52,838 nucleotides of DNA from the NCBI GenBank assembly GCA_020536535.1, contig JAHLWZ010000352.1:1-52838 (forward strand). Direction: 5' to 3'. The notes beneath the pieces were generated by a model. It saw only the letters and a list, made by a program, of their open reading frames with translations, was not told where the DNA came from and made no database searches. Positions 1 through 12,577 of the stretch are shown one piece after another. Each line of letters opens with the position of its first letter. Positions within the stretch are counted from its first letter, which is position 1. The translations under genes and the position numbers were made by a program. The DNA is from Pelomyxa schiedti (Eukaryota; Protista; Evosea).

Positions 1-679
1 CAACTGTAGCCATATCCATGGCACCATTATCCGTGGTCCTCCACACACACATCAGATAATAACGATTATCATCATGATTTTTGGACGCCAGCACAATCCA
101 CCTCTTGTTGCATGCAGCTGTTTCTGGGGAAACCGGATCAAAAGGGAGTCTCACCGGTTCCATGACTTGTTTGCCGCTGCCATCAACGATGGTCATTATT
201 TTTGGCGAATATCCTTTAATAGCGACAGCACTGTCCCCAATAATGAAAGCAGGGTGGTCTGACAGCCAATGGGATACTCGGCACGGCAGAATAATAAGCC
301 CCAGAGTGTGTGACAAACTGAACAGGACACAGTGGTCTGGTCTGTTGCCCCTGTCGAATGCGTCCACAAGGAAAGACACCAGAACCGCCCTATCTGTCCC
401 GAGCACCCACCTCTTCCCAATGCACTCGACAACGATCCACTCTGGCAGCATCGAGACGTAGCAAACTCCAGCGCGTCTGTCGGTGCCGGGAGTGCCCGTT
501 TTCCTGCGCACCCCGGGAACCACTTCTCTTCGCTCAGCTTCTTGCTGTGACACGAACCTGCGCTCTGTGACCTGGGACGAAGCCACAGCCAAGAACTGCG
601 AGCGGGCGAGAATCGGTTCCCCTGCGTGTTGTGCAGGCGAAAACTCCAGTGGCGAGCGCTCCATGATGGAAGTTGGCAT
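1..679 (-). CDS. Lineage-specific hypothetical protein (family with ARSQFLAVA / IGKRWVL / SLSHTLGL motifs), 3' end outside window
   Basis: Manual translation of the minus strand from ATG 679 gives MPTSIMERSPL...ARSQFLAVA...ECIGKRWVLG...FSLSHTLGL. The frame runs toward the window edge, so it is absent from the ORF track. The same motifs occur in 38398-39630 and 44020-44480. Confidence 0.7.
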   Translation of the reverse strand, partial: MPTSIMERSPLEFSPAQHAGEPILARSQFLAVASSQVTERRFVSQQEAERREVVPGVRRKTGTPGTDRRAGVCYVSMLPEWIVVECIGKRWVLGTDRAVLVSFLVDAFDRGNRPDHCVLFSLSHTLGLIILPCRVSHWLSDHPAFIIGDSAVAIKGYSPKIMTIVDGSGKQVMEPVRLPFDPVSPETAACNKRWIVLASKNHDDNRYYLMCVWRTTDNGAMDMATV

Positions 680-777
680 CATTTATGGTTAATACCCACG
701 CACGCAACTTCGTGTTGTTTTTTGGGTTTTGATGAAAAATCCTGTTCGCCGAAAACCCCATTGTGAAAATAAAAAAA

Positions 778-3700
778 ATGGCCAACAACAGGTCCACGTT
801 CGGTGGCGGGTGGCAGGGGCAGCAACAACAACAAACGGCAAATGGCGCCACCACGGCCAACAACGCAAGCACCTCTTCTGCGGCGGCTACCACTACCAGC
901 AGCAGCACGCAGCAACACCCTCTGACACAACAGCCCCCTGCTGCCTCCGCCACCACCTCGTCGTCGTCGTCCATACAGCCTCCGCCCCCGCAGCACCCTC
1001 CGCCACGCCCTCCCCCTCCCTCGTTCTTCTCCACCTTCGGCTTTTCCTCGCCCTCGGCCGCGTCCGCGTCCACGGCCACCCCGGCCGCTGTGGATCGCAA
1101 CAACGGAGCCGCCGCCAGCAGCAGCACGGCGCAGCACGGGGTGACCGTCACGCCGCCGGCGCCCGCCGCGCCCGCCCCGGTGCCCGCGCCGTCCTCCGCG
1201 TCGTCCTACTCCACGTCGTCGTCGTCCCTCTCGTCGTCGCCGTCGTCGCTGGCGTCGCCCTTCTCCGCCTCGTCGTCGTCGCCGTCGTCGCTGGCCGTCG
1301 CCGCGCAGCCGTCGTCCTCGGTGTCGCCGTCGACGTCGCCCCACTCGCCGTCGTCGCCGCCCGCGTCGCCGCAGATGCGCGCGCTCGCGGCGCCCTCGTC
1401 CTCGTCCTCGTCGTCGTCGTCGCTGAGGCAGCAGCACTGCAACTACTTCACGGAGGAGAGGCACACGTCCGGGCTCATGACGTCACCGAGTTTCACTCTG
1501 GGCGTCGAGGAATTCCCGAAATGGAATTCCCTCAAAGATAAGGTTGGTTTTATTTGCTTCTTTAATATGTATCTATGCAGATTTGTTTGTTTTGTTTTGG
1601 GGTGCGTGTATATATCTATTAGTATCTGGGAAACTTAGATGCATGAATTGGCCATTGAGTATATATGGAAGATACAGCATGGATTTTTCCGCAATTGTTG
1701 GTTAACATACTCCCCCTTTGTTGGGGTTGGTGTAGTCTAGGACGGTATATGGAATTTTGAGTTTGTGCCTCAATATTGGAGTTGATCCTCCAGACGTTAT
1801 CAAACCGCATCCTTGTGCTACACTTGAATGCTGGATAGGTACGAGCTCAACTGTTCCAATCAAAAGTGACTCTAAAAAGATCCTGCCAAGTCAAAGTCCA
1901 GCAAATGTCTTGATCAAATTATGGCTGCTTTGAAGACCCAATATGAGAGTTGGGCAAAGGTCGAGTTCTTATATCAACCTCTTTTTATTTTTTACAGTCA
2001 TAGATACCGTACCAACTATGCCCCGATCCAATAACAGAAACCATACGTCAGCAGTGCACTGCACATCGGTTTTTCTAAGCCTTTTTTTTTTTTTTTTGCA
2101 AAAGAACCAACAATTTCTTACACAGGCGGAATTCCCGTGAAGAGCGAGTACTCTTCCACTATAATGGCCATGGTGTACCTCAGCCAACCAATAATGGTGA
2201 AGTTTGGGTGTTCAACAAGGTACTCCCCAATTATCTTGTAGTTCCTGTACTAATACATGACCTTACCAGGATTTTAGTCAATACATCCCATTGAGTGTAA
2301 GCAGCCTTATGTCTTGGGTGGGGACACCCAGCTTGTATGTATTTGACTGTAATGCCGCTGGATTAGTACTTCAGTGGTTTTTGAACTTTGCAGAACAACA
2401 CAGAGCGGAGGTTCTTTCCGTTCTACCTCTGCCTTGATTGCTCACCCATTTTTTAGAACCCAAGTGAGTCTGCAGACTTTCTTATTCTCGCTGCCTGTGG
2501 TGCAAAGCAACTGCTTCCTATGAGTCCAAATTATCCCGCGGATTTATTTACCAGTTGTTTAACTTCCCCATTACGTATGGCACTGCACTGGTATGTCGAA
2601 AACGTATCAGACCTGTTGATTGATTTTCTCTAGGTTTTGCAAAAGAAACGCCAAACGGAGTAAAGTTAACGAAGATCAAGTTGACAGTCTTCCAGGCACA
2701 CATCAAAATAAGCGAAGCCCCTTTGGTGAATTGAATTGGATCTTTACCACCATCACCGATACGATTGCCTGGAATGTTCTGCCAACAGGTATTGCGGCTT
2801 CCCTTTGTCCAAGTGGCAGACACACTTATCTTTCCATTAGAATTATTTCAAAAACTTTATCGGCAAGATCTTCTAGTTTCCAGCTTATTCCGAAATTTCC
2901 TTCTTGCTGAGAGAATAATGCGTTCCCTCAACTGCACTCCTATCACACACCCCAAATTACCTCCTACGTTCCAACACAGACTATGGTAAATTCATTCTTC
3001 GAGGTCCTTCATTAACATTTGGTAGGGATTCGTGGGATATGGTGGTGGAGTCAGTTCTGGCGCAATTGCCCCAACTAATAAAAGACCCAGCTGCCTGGGA
3101 GTCCTGTTACCAGGTTAGAGGAGATTGGTATTAAATAGTGTTACCCGCCTTACCTTTGGCAGAATAGCTCTTTCTTCTCTGAGCAACTCACGGTTTGTCT
3201 TCCTTTTGAGCACCCAACAAGCCATTTTACATCTATTCCAGGCCTTCGAACTAGCTATCGAATTTGGTTTTAGGACGAAAATTGTTATTGATCCATCAAT
3301 TCCTCCTCCACCAATTGCTCCTCCCGAACAACTGCCAATTGTTCTGCAGGTAATTCCTCACATACACGTTCGAGAAGATAATCCAGTACTAGGTCTTATT
3401 GAATCCAACTCACAGAGCGAGAGCACTTTCCTTGCTCAGCCGCTTTTTGGATCTCGGCTCTTTTGCGGTTTCACAAGTACTCCCCTTTTTCCTACCCATT
3501 ATCTTCCTTACAGTCCCAGGCCTTATCCGTGGGAATTTTCCCTTATGTTCTAAGGCTACTGCAAACATCAGTGTCGCCAGACTTACGTGACATACTTGTC
3601 TTCATTTGGGCGAAAATTCTTGCTTTTGATCCAGTAATGATAATCTTCTCTCCTAAATAACCCGTCTAACACGCACCCAAGAGCTGCCAAGCCGACTTAC

Positions 3701-6633
3701 TGAAAGATAGTGGTCACAAATTCTTCCTTGGAGTACTTGGAAATCCATCAGTTCCATCACTGCAGCGTGTGATGAGTGCGTTTATATTGAGTGTTATAGG
3801 TAATTATTTTCCTATGCAATGAAGATATGGTATTTACACCATCAAGTGGATTCAAGTCCAAATGGTCAATTAGCATGTCTTCAAGGGAACATCCTTCCTC
3901 TTCTTATGTCCCTCATTTCTGATCCGGACCCACTGCTGAGAAGATGGGCAGCCCTCTGCCTTGGGAAGCTCTGGCACGTGAGTTTCCTCTCAGCCTTTTA
4001 TTGTTCCCTAAGAAAGAGTAGGGATGTGAGGAAGCAAAATCTCTTGCCTTAGCCAAATTTTCTGCATCGGAAAGGCTTGCTGCGATGACTTCGGATCACG
4101 TTCCTGAAGTACCACCAAATAACTATTACACCGTAACTCAGGTTTTACAGGTACGAGCTGCAGCTGTGTTTGCATTGGGAAATTTCTTCGGTACAACAGT
4201 CTTGGCGTCCGAATCACGTTCTAATTCTGAGCTGTCCATCGCCCTTGCAATTGGAAGTGTGGTAACGGATGGCAGCCCATTAGTAAGGAGGGAAGCCGTT
4301 GTCTCTCTGAGCAGATATATTGCCGAGTGTACTCATCAATTTTTGGCTGTTGCAAGTGAAGAGTTGGTAACTGACCACCATACCGTTGGAGACCTGACCT
4401 GTTACAGTCGGAATCACAAAATATTTCTAACAAACGAAAACCTGACGGCACGTCTACACCTTCCGAGAAGCGAGTACCCCAGGGTTCCCCTCTAAGCTGC
4501 ATTTGGAAGGTATGAACCATTATATTCCGTTTACATGTAATTGCAGTTTATTACTGACTTGGAAGTTGATCCATCAATTGCAGTTGCGTCACAAGCAAAT
4601 CTCATTGTTGACAGAATAAAGCAATATATCGGTACTACAAAGATGTGAGGCAACCCTAATGCCGTGTTACAGATAATACCGAAAAATCAAAAAGGAGCTT
4701 GTCTTCTTTCCCGCGACACCAACAACCCCCTGTTGCCGCGTCTCCTGTGGTACCTTGTTTTTTTTTTTCTTTGGTAAAAACCTAACCTTTCGAAGGATAA
4801 GCGGAACCTTTCGATGAGTAGGATCAGTACTCATTTGATACCATATTCTCACATTTCACACAGAAACGCCTTCAGCCGATATGGATTTGTCCTCACAGAT
4901 TCGTGTTCAGTCTCCCTTCTACAAATGGTGTTGTAACTACTTTGCCAAACCCCTTCTTCATCTCAATGAGAAAGATACTGTAAGCCACTTGCAATTCTTT
5001 ACACAGAGCTTTCTCCCACTCCACAAAAAAAAAGACTTCCGTGGAGGCAAGAATGACAGAAAAGCGGAAGGTTCATAATGCCGGTATAGTTAGAGAAGCG
5101 AGCGAGTTGTGGAATTCAGTGGGAGTGGAGAAGGACAAGAAGAAATTGCAGTCCGAATTAGCCATTCTGAATCAGATAACGGTATGCAAACATTGTTCTG
5201 TGCCAACAACTCACACTTTATCAGGTTCCAGCAGTGTCTCTTCTGTTCCATCCGTTTTTGGATATTATTATTGTCGCTGATGAACAGTCACAAATAAGGT
5301 TCGGTTTGTGAGACCACCATTGTCAACAATTGAGCTTCGTTAGTACATTTGATATCACATCCCAAGCACAATCTGACAGCGAGTTGATGCTTATGGGGTT
5401 CAGGGGAGGCAATTCCGTTACTGGAAGTGCACCATCAAATACAGCAGGAAGACCAAGAAGCTGTTTTGCCAATATGAATCCTATAGGATCACGAATTACA
5501 ACAATGAGCCTTGTAAACGAACAAGACGATGATATGCTGATAGTTGGGTCAGGTACCCCCTCAACAAAGTTTCTTTTCTAAATTACATAAAATCAAATGT
5601 TAGAGGATGGAGTTGTAAGAGTGTGGAAAAACTACCGAGAGGAAAAACCAGTTGTGGTCTCAGCATGGCGAGCTCTACCAAAATTCTCCCAGACACAAAG
5701 TGTGGGACTATTGTTTGACTGGTTGGACCAAGGGCTATTGGTTTTCCATCTTCGATCATTTCCTGATAATGACTTATCTTAGCTCGCCGCTGGTGTATCT
5801 GCTGTGGCAAGGGTATGGGATATTACCAAGGAGCTCCCTGTTCTAGAAATTCCAACTGAGTCAAAGCATGCGGTGACTGCTGTGGTGAGTAGTTACTTGT
5901 GTCCTCCTCTTTCTAAGTCTTTCCAGTCTTGTGACAAGAATGGGGGCAAAACATATGCCATTGGATGTGGCGATGGTATAGTTCGGTATTTTGATATCCG
6001 GACGGGCGCAAAAAAAAGGAAAGTACTACTTTGCAAGCTTATTTTACTGAACGCAAAACAGTATATTCACCTTGATGGAGCACAAGAGTTGGATTGCCAA
6101 TGTTGGCCTTCCATGTTCCACTCAGGTACACTTCCCTTCATGTAGCCTGCTCTTAAATATACCTCAGATTTATACCGCATCCGGCATTACAGAAACTGTC
6201 AAACCGGAAATAAAAATTTGGGATTTGTCTAACACATCTAGACCGTGCCGCTCCATTCCACAACCTGATCTGACAACATTCGCTGTGTGTAATGTATTCT
6301 TTGGCTGCGCCTAACAACATACCAGTATCATCCCAGAGCTCCGCTGTTTGCCAGGTTTAACTGCAAATTGCTTCGCTCTCTTCCCTTACTGTAATTACAG
6401 TGGTTCTTCTGACATGGTGAAAGTTTTCAACAGCCGGGGTGATGAAATTAACCAAATACGGTACCACGTGGGATTCTTGGGCCAAAGGATATCGCAAATA
6501 ACTTGCCTCGCGTTTCATCCGTGTGCCCCTTTCCCTTCCGGTTCTTACTGGAGTAACTAAACAACCTAGGTATAAGGTGTGGTTAGCCGGTGGATTTGCG
6601 GACCGATTGGTGTCTGTATGGCATGCTCAATGA
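778..6633 (+). CDS. RPTOR: Regulatory-associated protein of TOR (Raptor/KOG1), about 30 exons
   Basis: Spliced translation gives RNC motifs [87 protein letters not shown] and [17 protein letters not shown] repeats ([19 protein letters not shown]) and C-terminal WD40 ([17 protein letters not shown]) follow. Stop TGA at 6631-6633. Confidence 0.97.
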
Positions 6634-6926
6634 TATTCACTAATATGTTCTTCTGCACATTTTGATGTCAATATATCCTTCCCTTCCTTTATTCAAATCT
6701 CAAAAGAACCATTCTCCCAGCCACAATAGGAACAAGAGACCTCCATAGTAAAGGGAAGAATGGACCCTCTTACTTGTTGGGGGAAATTCCTTTGTTTCAC
6801 TAAGAAGAACAAAGGCGCAGTTTGTTTGTCAGAAGAAAAAATCTATCTCTAACAACTTTCTTTTTTCTATTCTTTGGAAACCAAAACAAAAAAAACGAAC
6901 TGAAAAAGTCACAAACAAGTAGTCAC

Positions 6927-9649
6927 TTAAGACGATGCACCACCAAGCAGGCCGCTTGCAGTGTTGAACAAGTTGATGGGTGAGTTGCCGTCGGTGATCA
7001 TGACGCTCTTGAGGCCAAGGCCGGCCAGAAGCTTGGTCTGCATCTCGGGGCCGGCCTGTGCAATGGCCTTGATGGTATCAGGTCCAATGCTGGCGACAAT
7101 GTCGCGGAACTTCTTGGCCTCAATTTGTGATAGTTCTCGGGCCTTGCTGATTTCGAGCTCGTTGAGGGCCTTCTGGTAGAAGACTTCCTGCTCTTGCTTG
7201 GCGGCGAGGTTCTCCATTTCGGCCTCGGCCTGATTGTTATGTTAGAATCACCGGTTTGCGGTGGAAGAAAGAAGGGAAATGTACCTTGATCTTGTTGGCC
7301 TCAGCCTTGAGTTCGGCTTGCCTGACTGATGCCTCTCCCTCAATTTGGGCAGCCTCTGCCTTAGCTCGGGCCTCTGCAGTTGCCTGACCAGTGGACTCGA
7401 CTGCAGCGCTTCCGGCTTGCAATTGGAGCAAGTTCTTGCGGGCCTTCTCAGCCTCGGCCTCATCATTGATCTTCTGCCTCTCAAGGCGGCCCTTAGCCTC
7501 TTGTTCCAAGCGCTCAGCCTCGTGGCGGGCAGTTGCCTCCTGGGACTTGGTTGTGATCTCAATGGCGAGCTGGACTGACTTCTGGAGTGAGTCTCGTGTT
7601 CTCTGGTCAACTGGCTCGACGCTCTGAATATCTACGTTGGTGATGGCGAGTTTGTTTGCCTTGAAGACGAAAGCGGTCTTGTCACTGCCTCCGAAGACGC
7701 TGTCGCGGATGATCTTGGCACTGTTGCGGTGGAAGTGGTCGAATGAAACGCTGGCAACTGCACCACGGACTCGGGCAGCAATAGCCTTGCAAGAGTCACC
7801 AACAAAGTCTGGGACTTGGAAGATGTTTGCAGAGTCAGCATCCTCCTTGCGGACATCGAATTGCCAGTTGTAGCTCAGCTTGAGGGACAAGCGGGCGTGG
7901 TCACCAGTCTCTACAATGACAATATCTGTCATGAAGTCGGGACCCAAGAGCATGGCAAGGGACTTGATGACGTGTGGGCGCTTGGGCTTATCACCAGAGA
8001 GGGAAAGGACGGTGAAGTGCTCATCGGGTCCGAGAATGACCAATTCTGGTCCAAAAACGACCCTGCTCCTCTTCTCCTTATAGTCATACACTTGCACAGC
8101 TGAGTTGTGGGGTGCGCGGTAGGTGACAACGCGAGTCTTGTCGCGGGGTGTCGAGTCAACTACGCTTCCGTCAGCAATGCGTACATCCTTCTTGAGAAGT
8201 TCCTCAACAATTGGTGGGAGCTCCTTGGCCCATGGCTCCTCATTTGGCTTGAGCATGTAGGAGGTGCCAATGTGAGCGCGGACTTTACCGGTCTTAATGT
8301 CCCTGACGTAGATACCCTCGTTCTCATCAAGAGGAATAGCGCGGCGCTTCTCAACAACTTCAACCTGGACTGGTGGGATGAAGTCGGTTGGTCCGTGAAC
8401 CATCCAGCGGTCTCCAGGAGCGTGAACCTCCTTGCCCTCGGTGAACTCCTCCTTGGCTCGGAGAAGAAGGGCCTCATCGGCAGCAAGAACGTAGACGTTC
8501 TGGACTCCACTCTCGAGTCTCTCCCCTGGCTTGAGGAAGAAGAAGATCTCTCCCTTTCTGAGTTCCTTCTTGCCGAGCTGTGGGCGTCCGTGAACGTCAT
8601 GTGGGTCCATGACTGTGCAGTACTGCCTGTTGGTAAGAGTGGTGATCTTGACCTCTCCAACGACTTGCTCGTAGACATCGGGAACATAGACCTCAGTCAT
8701 GTCGCAGGTAACCAGCCATTCCTCACCAGCCTTGCGCTCGTTCTTGAAGGCATCAACGAAGGTTCGGGTGGCGCGGAGGTGAAGAGCCTTGATGGGTGTG
8801 AGGGTGAAGCCCTGGACTGTCTCGACGACTTCCTCGTCAACTCCGGGGAGGTAGGATCCAACACTTCGGACCATCCACTCCTCACCGGCGCGCTTGACAA
8901 CACCGCTGCGTGCGGTGGTCTCCTTGCGGGCACGGAGCTTGAGACCCTGATTTGGCTTGATAACAACGGCGCGAACAATCTCAACTACTTGAACCTCAAC
9001 CCTAAAGAACAAAGGATTAGAATTGCCGGAAATTTGATGTCGTAGACAAATAGCGGGAAGTTACCTTGGGTAGTAGGTGCCTGGGCCCTCAAAGAGCCAC
9101 TCATCACCAGCGCGGTGGCGCTCAACTGTCTGTTCCTTGGGTACCTCAAAATCGCGGGTGGCGCGGAGGCGGAGAGCAGCATTGGGAGCAACAACCTGAA
9201 GGGGTGACACCTTGCCGAAGAGCTTCTCACCAGGGTAGAGTGGGAATGGGTCCTGCTCGAATCGGATTTCCTCATCACCGTGGCGGAGCTTGACACTGCC
9301 GTGATTATCAAGGAGGGGAATTTGGCGCTCGTCTCTCTCAACGGGGTTGCTGATGATGCAGTAGTGTCGAGGGGGGACCATGATCATGGGCTCGGGTCCG
9401 GCAACAAGCTTCTCATGGTCCTGGCGTGTGAAGGTCTGTGGACCAATCTCTGTTCGGGTGACGTTCTTGTTGTTATCAAGAATGTGGATGTAGTGGTATC
9501 TGGTAAAGAAGGGTATGGTCGGTAAACGACGAATATTAAGTTTATCTTGTTTGTAAATAAAACGGTTGTTTTGTGTTGCGCGGTGAAGTAAAAAAAAAAA
9601 AAGACGGTAACACATACGGCTTGATTCGAATGACTGGTTCAGAAGACAT
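6927..9649 (-). CDS. MVP: Major vault protein, 4 exons
   Basis: [11 protein letters not shown]|[15 protein letters not shown] start. Vault repeats ([29 protein letters not shown]), shoulder domain ([29 protein letters not shown]) and cap helix ([25 protein letters not shown]). C-terminus [14 protein letters not shown]. Confidence 0.98.
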
Positions 9650-11230
9650 TTTTCAGTATCTGCTGATGGGGTCAGGCCGATGTAACTACAAAACAACCAA
9701 CAACAAAAAAAAATCATAAAGGCCGAAGCAAAGCGCGGGTGGGGGAACCAATAGGCGGGTGTTGGTAAAAGGCGACAAAACACGACAACAAGCGACACCG
9801 GTGAAACGTCACTGTCGCTTACCCTTTTTTGTTTGTGTTAAGTTACTCTGTTGGTTGACTTTTTCTTGTTTTTTTTTAAAAAATGTTTGGTTCGGGGCTT
9901 AAAATTTATATTTTTACTCCGCACAGCGGTTGAAAAGGAAGAAAAAAAAAGGAAAAAAAATAGAAAAAACTTTTTTGGTTTCGGAAAGGGTGTCCGTTAA
10001 TTCTGTTTCGGTATTGCCCTCTTTCGCAGTTGCTAATGCTCCTGAGACTGACAGATCCCTCCCTCCAGCCCACCCGTGTCCCTCCTTCATCCTCCCCACG
10101 CCAAGCATCATTTCCGATCTCACGTCGAACCTTAAGATCTGCAACCAATATCTTTCCGCCCACACGAAAAAAACAAAGCGAGGTGATACGCACGTATGTT
10201 TGATAATAGTGCCGAAAGTACGGATGCGGATCTCAAGAGTCGAGCTAAGAAGAGTGTTGTTTCTTCTTCTTCTTTGAGGGAGTGATTTTGGGCTGCCACG
10301 TCGGCTTGCAGTTCTAACCGCCAGTTCGATTTTTCTTTTTTTTTTTTTCCCTCTCTATGTGCAGTGTGGATATTAGGGTTCTTTTTGTTGCCTGGAGTGT
10401 GGTTCATTATGCCGTGTTACTTCCTCAAGTTCTGGAAGCGTTCATCTCGGGAAATGGAACATGTTCGTTGGTGTAAGTACCTTCACCATACCGTGACTAT
10501 TCAATACAATGATAATGCACTATACATACATTTCCTCACCATACTGCGTAAAACCCAAACAAACGGAACTGAATTGTCAATCTCTCTCTCTCACCACTTT
10601 CCTTCTCTTGCCACACACTCTCCTCTACTCCCGCTATTGTCGTGACTTTAATAGAAATAGAAATAGTTATATAGTGCGGGCAACAGAACGCCACTTACAA
10701 ACTGCAATTTATGTGTGGGCGCCTCACATATAACTAATTCTTATTTAGATAAGTAGTACCTTTTTCCTAACCCTCCACATACAACTACAGATGTCATTGC
10801 GGGGTGTATCGGTGGTGTCATATATTCCGCTCTGATACTTACCTGGATGACAATTTATCTGGTCAAATGGCAGGACTGGGGTGCCCTTGGTGACACCCTC
10901 AATGTAATCACCTACCAGGGCTAGTAGATATAAGTTACAAGATACCAGATACGAGATCTTCCACAACGCACCTCCAGTCCTCAAAACCTTCGCCGGTGTC
11001 TCGCTGCGGACGTGACACCTTGCCAGGGCAACTAATTAGTTGTTGACATGTTGTATCTCGTTGATTTTAAATTTTCTTCGCGAAGCAACTGTAAATCAAC
11101 GGACTAATTTTGGAAAGCCTTCGAACCAAAGAAGAAAAAAAAACCAAGGGGGAAGACGCGGCAACAGCGACACCTCCCAGATCTACGACACACTTAGACT
11201 TAGTTGCATTACTGTTGTTACAATCGACCC

Positions 11231-12338
11231 ATGTCGAAGGCGACCAAAATGATGCACCTGCTTAACTGCAGGATGCGCGTAACCATAGACGACGGGCGGA
11301 TGTTGGTAGGCAAGTTCATGGCGTTTGATAAACACATGAATTTGGTGCTGGGTGATGCGGAGGAGTTCAGGCGAGTAATAGTAAGCACGGGAGCGACGGG
11401 CGGCGCGGCCGCGGCTGCCGCTGCTGCCTCGACTGCATCGAGCGGCGGCGCGACCAGCACAACGGCTACGGCATCTACTTCAGCCGCGAAAACGCCGAAA
11501 GTTAAGGAGGAAAGAGACGACAAGAGATCGCTGGGTTTGACTCTAGTGAGAGGCGAATGCGTCGTTTCCCTGTCAGTTGAGGAGAGACCACCTCCGGAGG
11601 TAGAATTATGTTTTTTCTCTCTTGTCCTCTTCTTATTTCTCACCGTTTTTTTGCCCTTTCAGGATACCAAGAAATCAGGAACACAGTTTGGTGGGCCCGG
11701 ACAAGGTGTAGGTCGTGTAGCTAGTAGAGGTATTGCTGTTCCACCACCAGGACAAGCACCAGCAGGTAAATTTTATGCATAGAATCTTTGGGGTTGTATT
11801 TATGTGGAAAAAAGGACTTTCTGGCCCAGCTCGAGGAGTAGGAGCACCATCACCTTCTTCAATGATGCCATCCATGAGTACGCACCCTTAAATCCTTTTC
11901 CGTCGTTAATGTATACACAGCACCAACACCCGCGTTCAGAGGTATGCCATTCCCACCTGGGATGCCTCCCGGAATGCCTCCAATGATGCCCCCAGGTAGT
12001 GAATTTTGTTGAAAAATTTCTCTAATATTAATCAATTAAGGCAGAGGAATGCCCCCGGGTATGCCACCAATGCCTCCCGGTATGCCACCCCCAGGAATGC
12101 TTCCACCCGGTATGATTTATGTGTTATCGAAGCTTAACACGTACTTAAACACAACTTCACTACAATAGGCTTCCGCGGATTCCCACCAGGCATGATGCCA
12201 GGGATGATGCCGCCTCCACCCCCAGGCAGAGGGATGCCCCCAGGAATGATGCCTCCGCCCGGCATGATGCCGCCAGGGATGATGCCACCTCCAGGCCCAC
12301 CCGGAATGATGCCCCCTGGCCAGCAAGGACGATCCTAA
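11231..12338 (+). CDS. SNRPB: Small nuclear ribonucleoprotein SmB/B'
   Basis: Sm1 motif RMRVTIDDGRMLVGKFMAFDKHMNLVLGDAEEFRR, Sm2 motif KRSLGLTLVRGECVVSLSVE, then GLSGPARGVG and a Pro/Gly/Met-rich tail across several GT-AG introns. Confidence 0.95.
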
Positions 12339-12577
12339 GCCCACCAACACACCCAACACACCACGCTGCTCCTCTATCCGCCCCCCCATCGCACGTATCT
12401 CTATGGTACATGGGCTACAACAACAACACCCTCACGCACAAGTTGACACAGGCGACATCACTCTTTGTGTGTAACTCTCTTTCACAGTCTTTTTTGGCTT
12501 CACTCCAAAATCATCGACATCTCTTTCTGATCACTTTTTCCCTGTTTTCTGTTTTTACACGAAGTCCCGACATCAAG

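Noticed and set aside
534-1541. Long overlapping or antisense ORFs (also around 12500-13550, 25100-25930, 31380-33340 and 8107-9045)
   Set aside because: These are shadows of GC-rich low-complexity or codon-biased exons that lack stops in other frames.
9950-11200. Possible small spliced gene(s) between MVP and SmB
   Set aside because: Intron-like segments are visible on the minus strand, but no consistent start or recognisable protein could be assembled.
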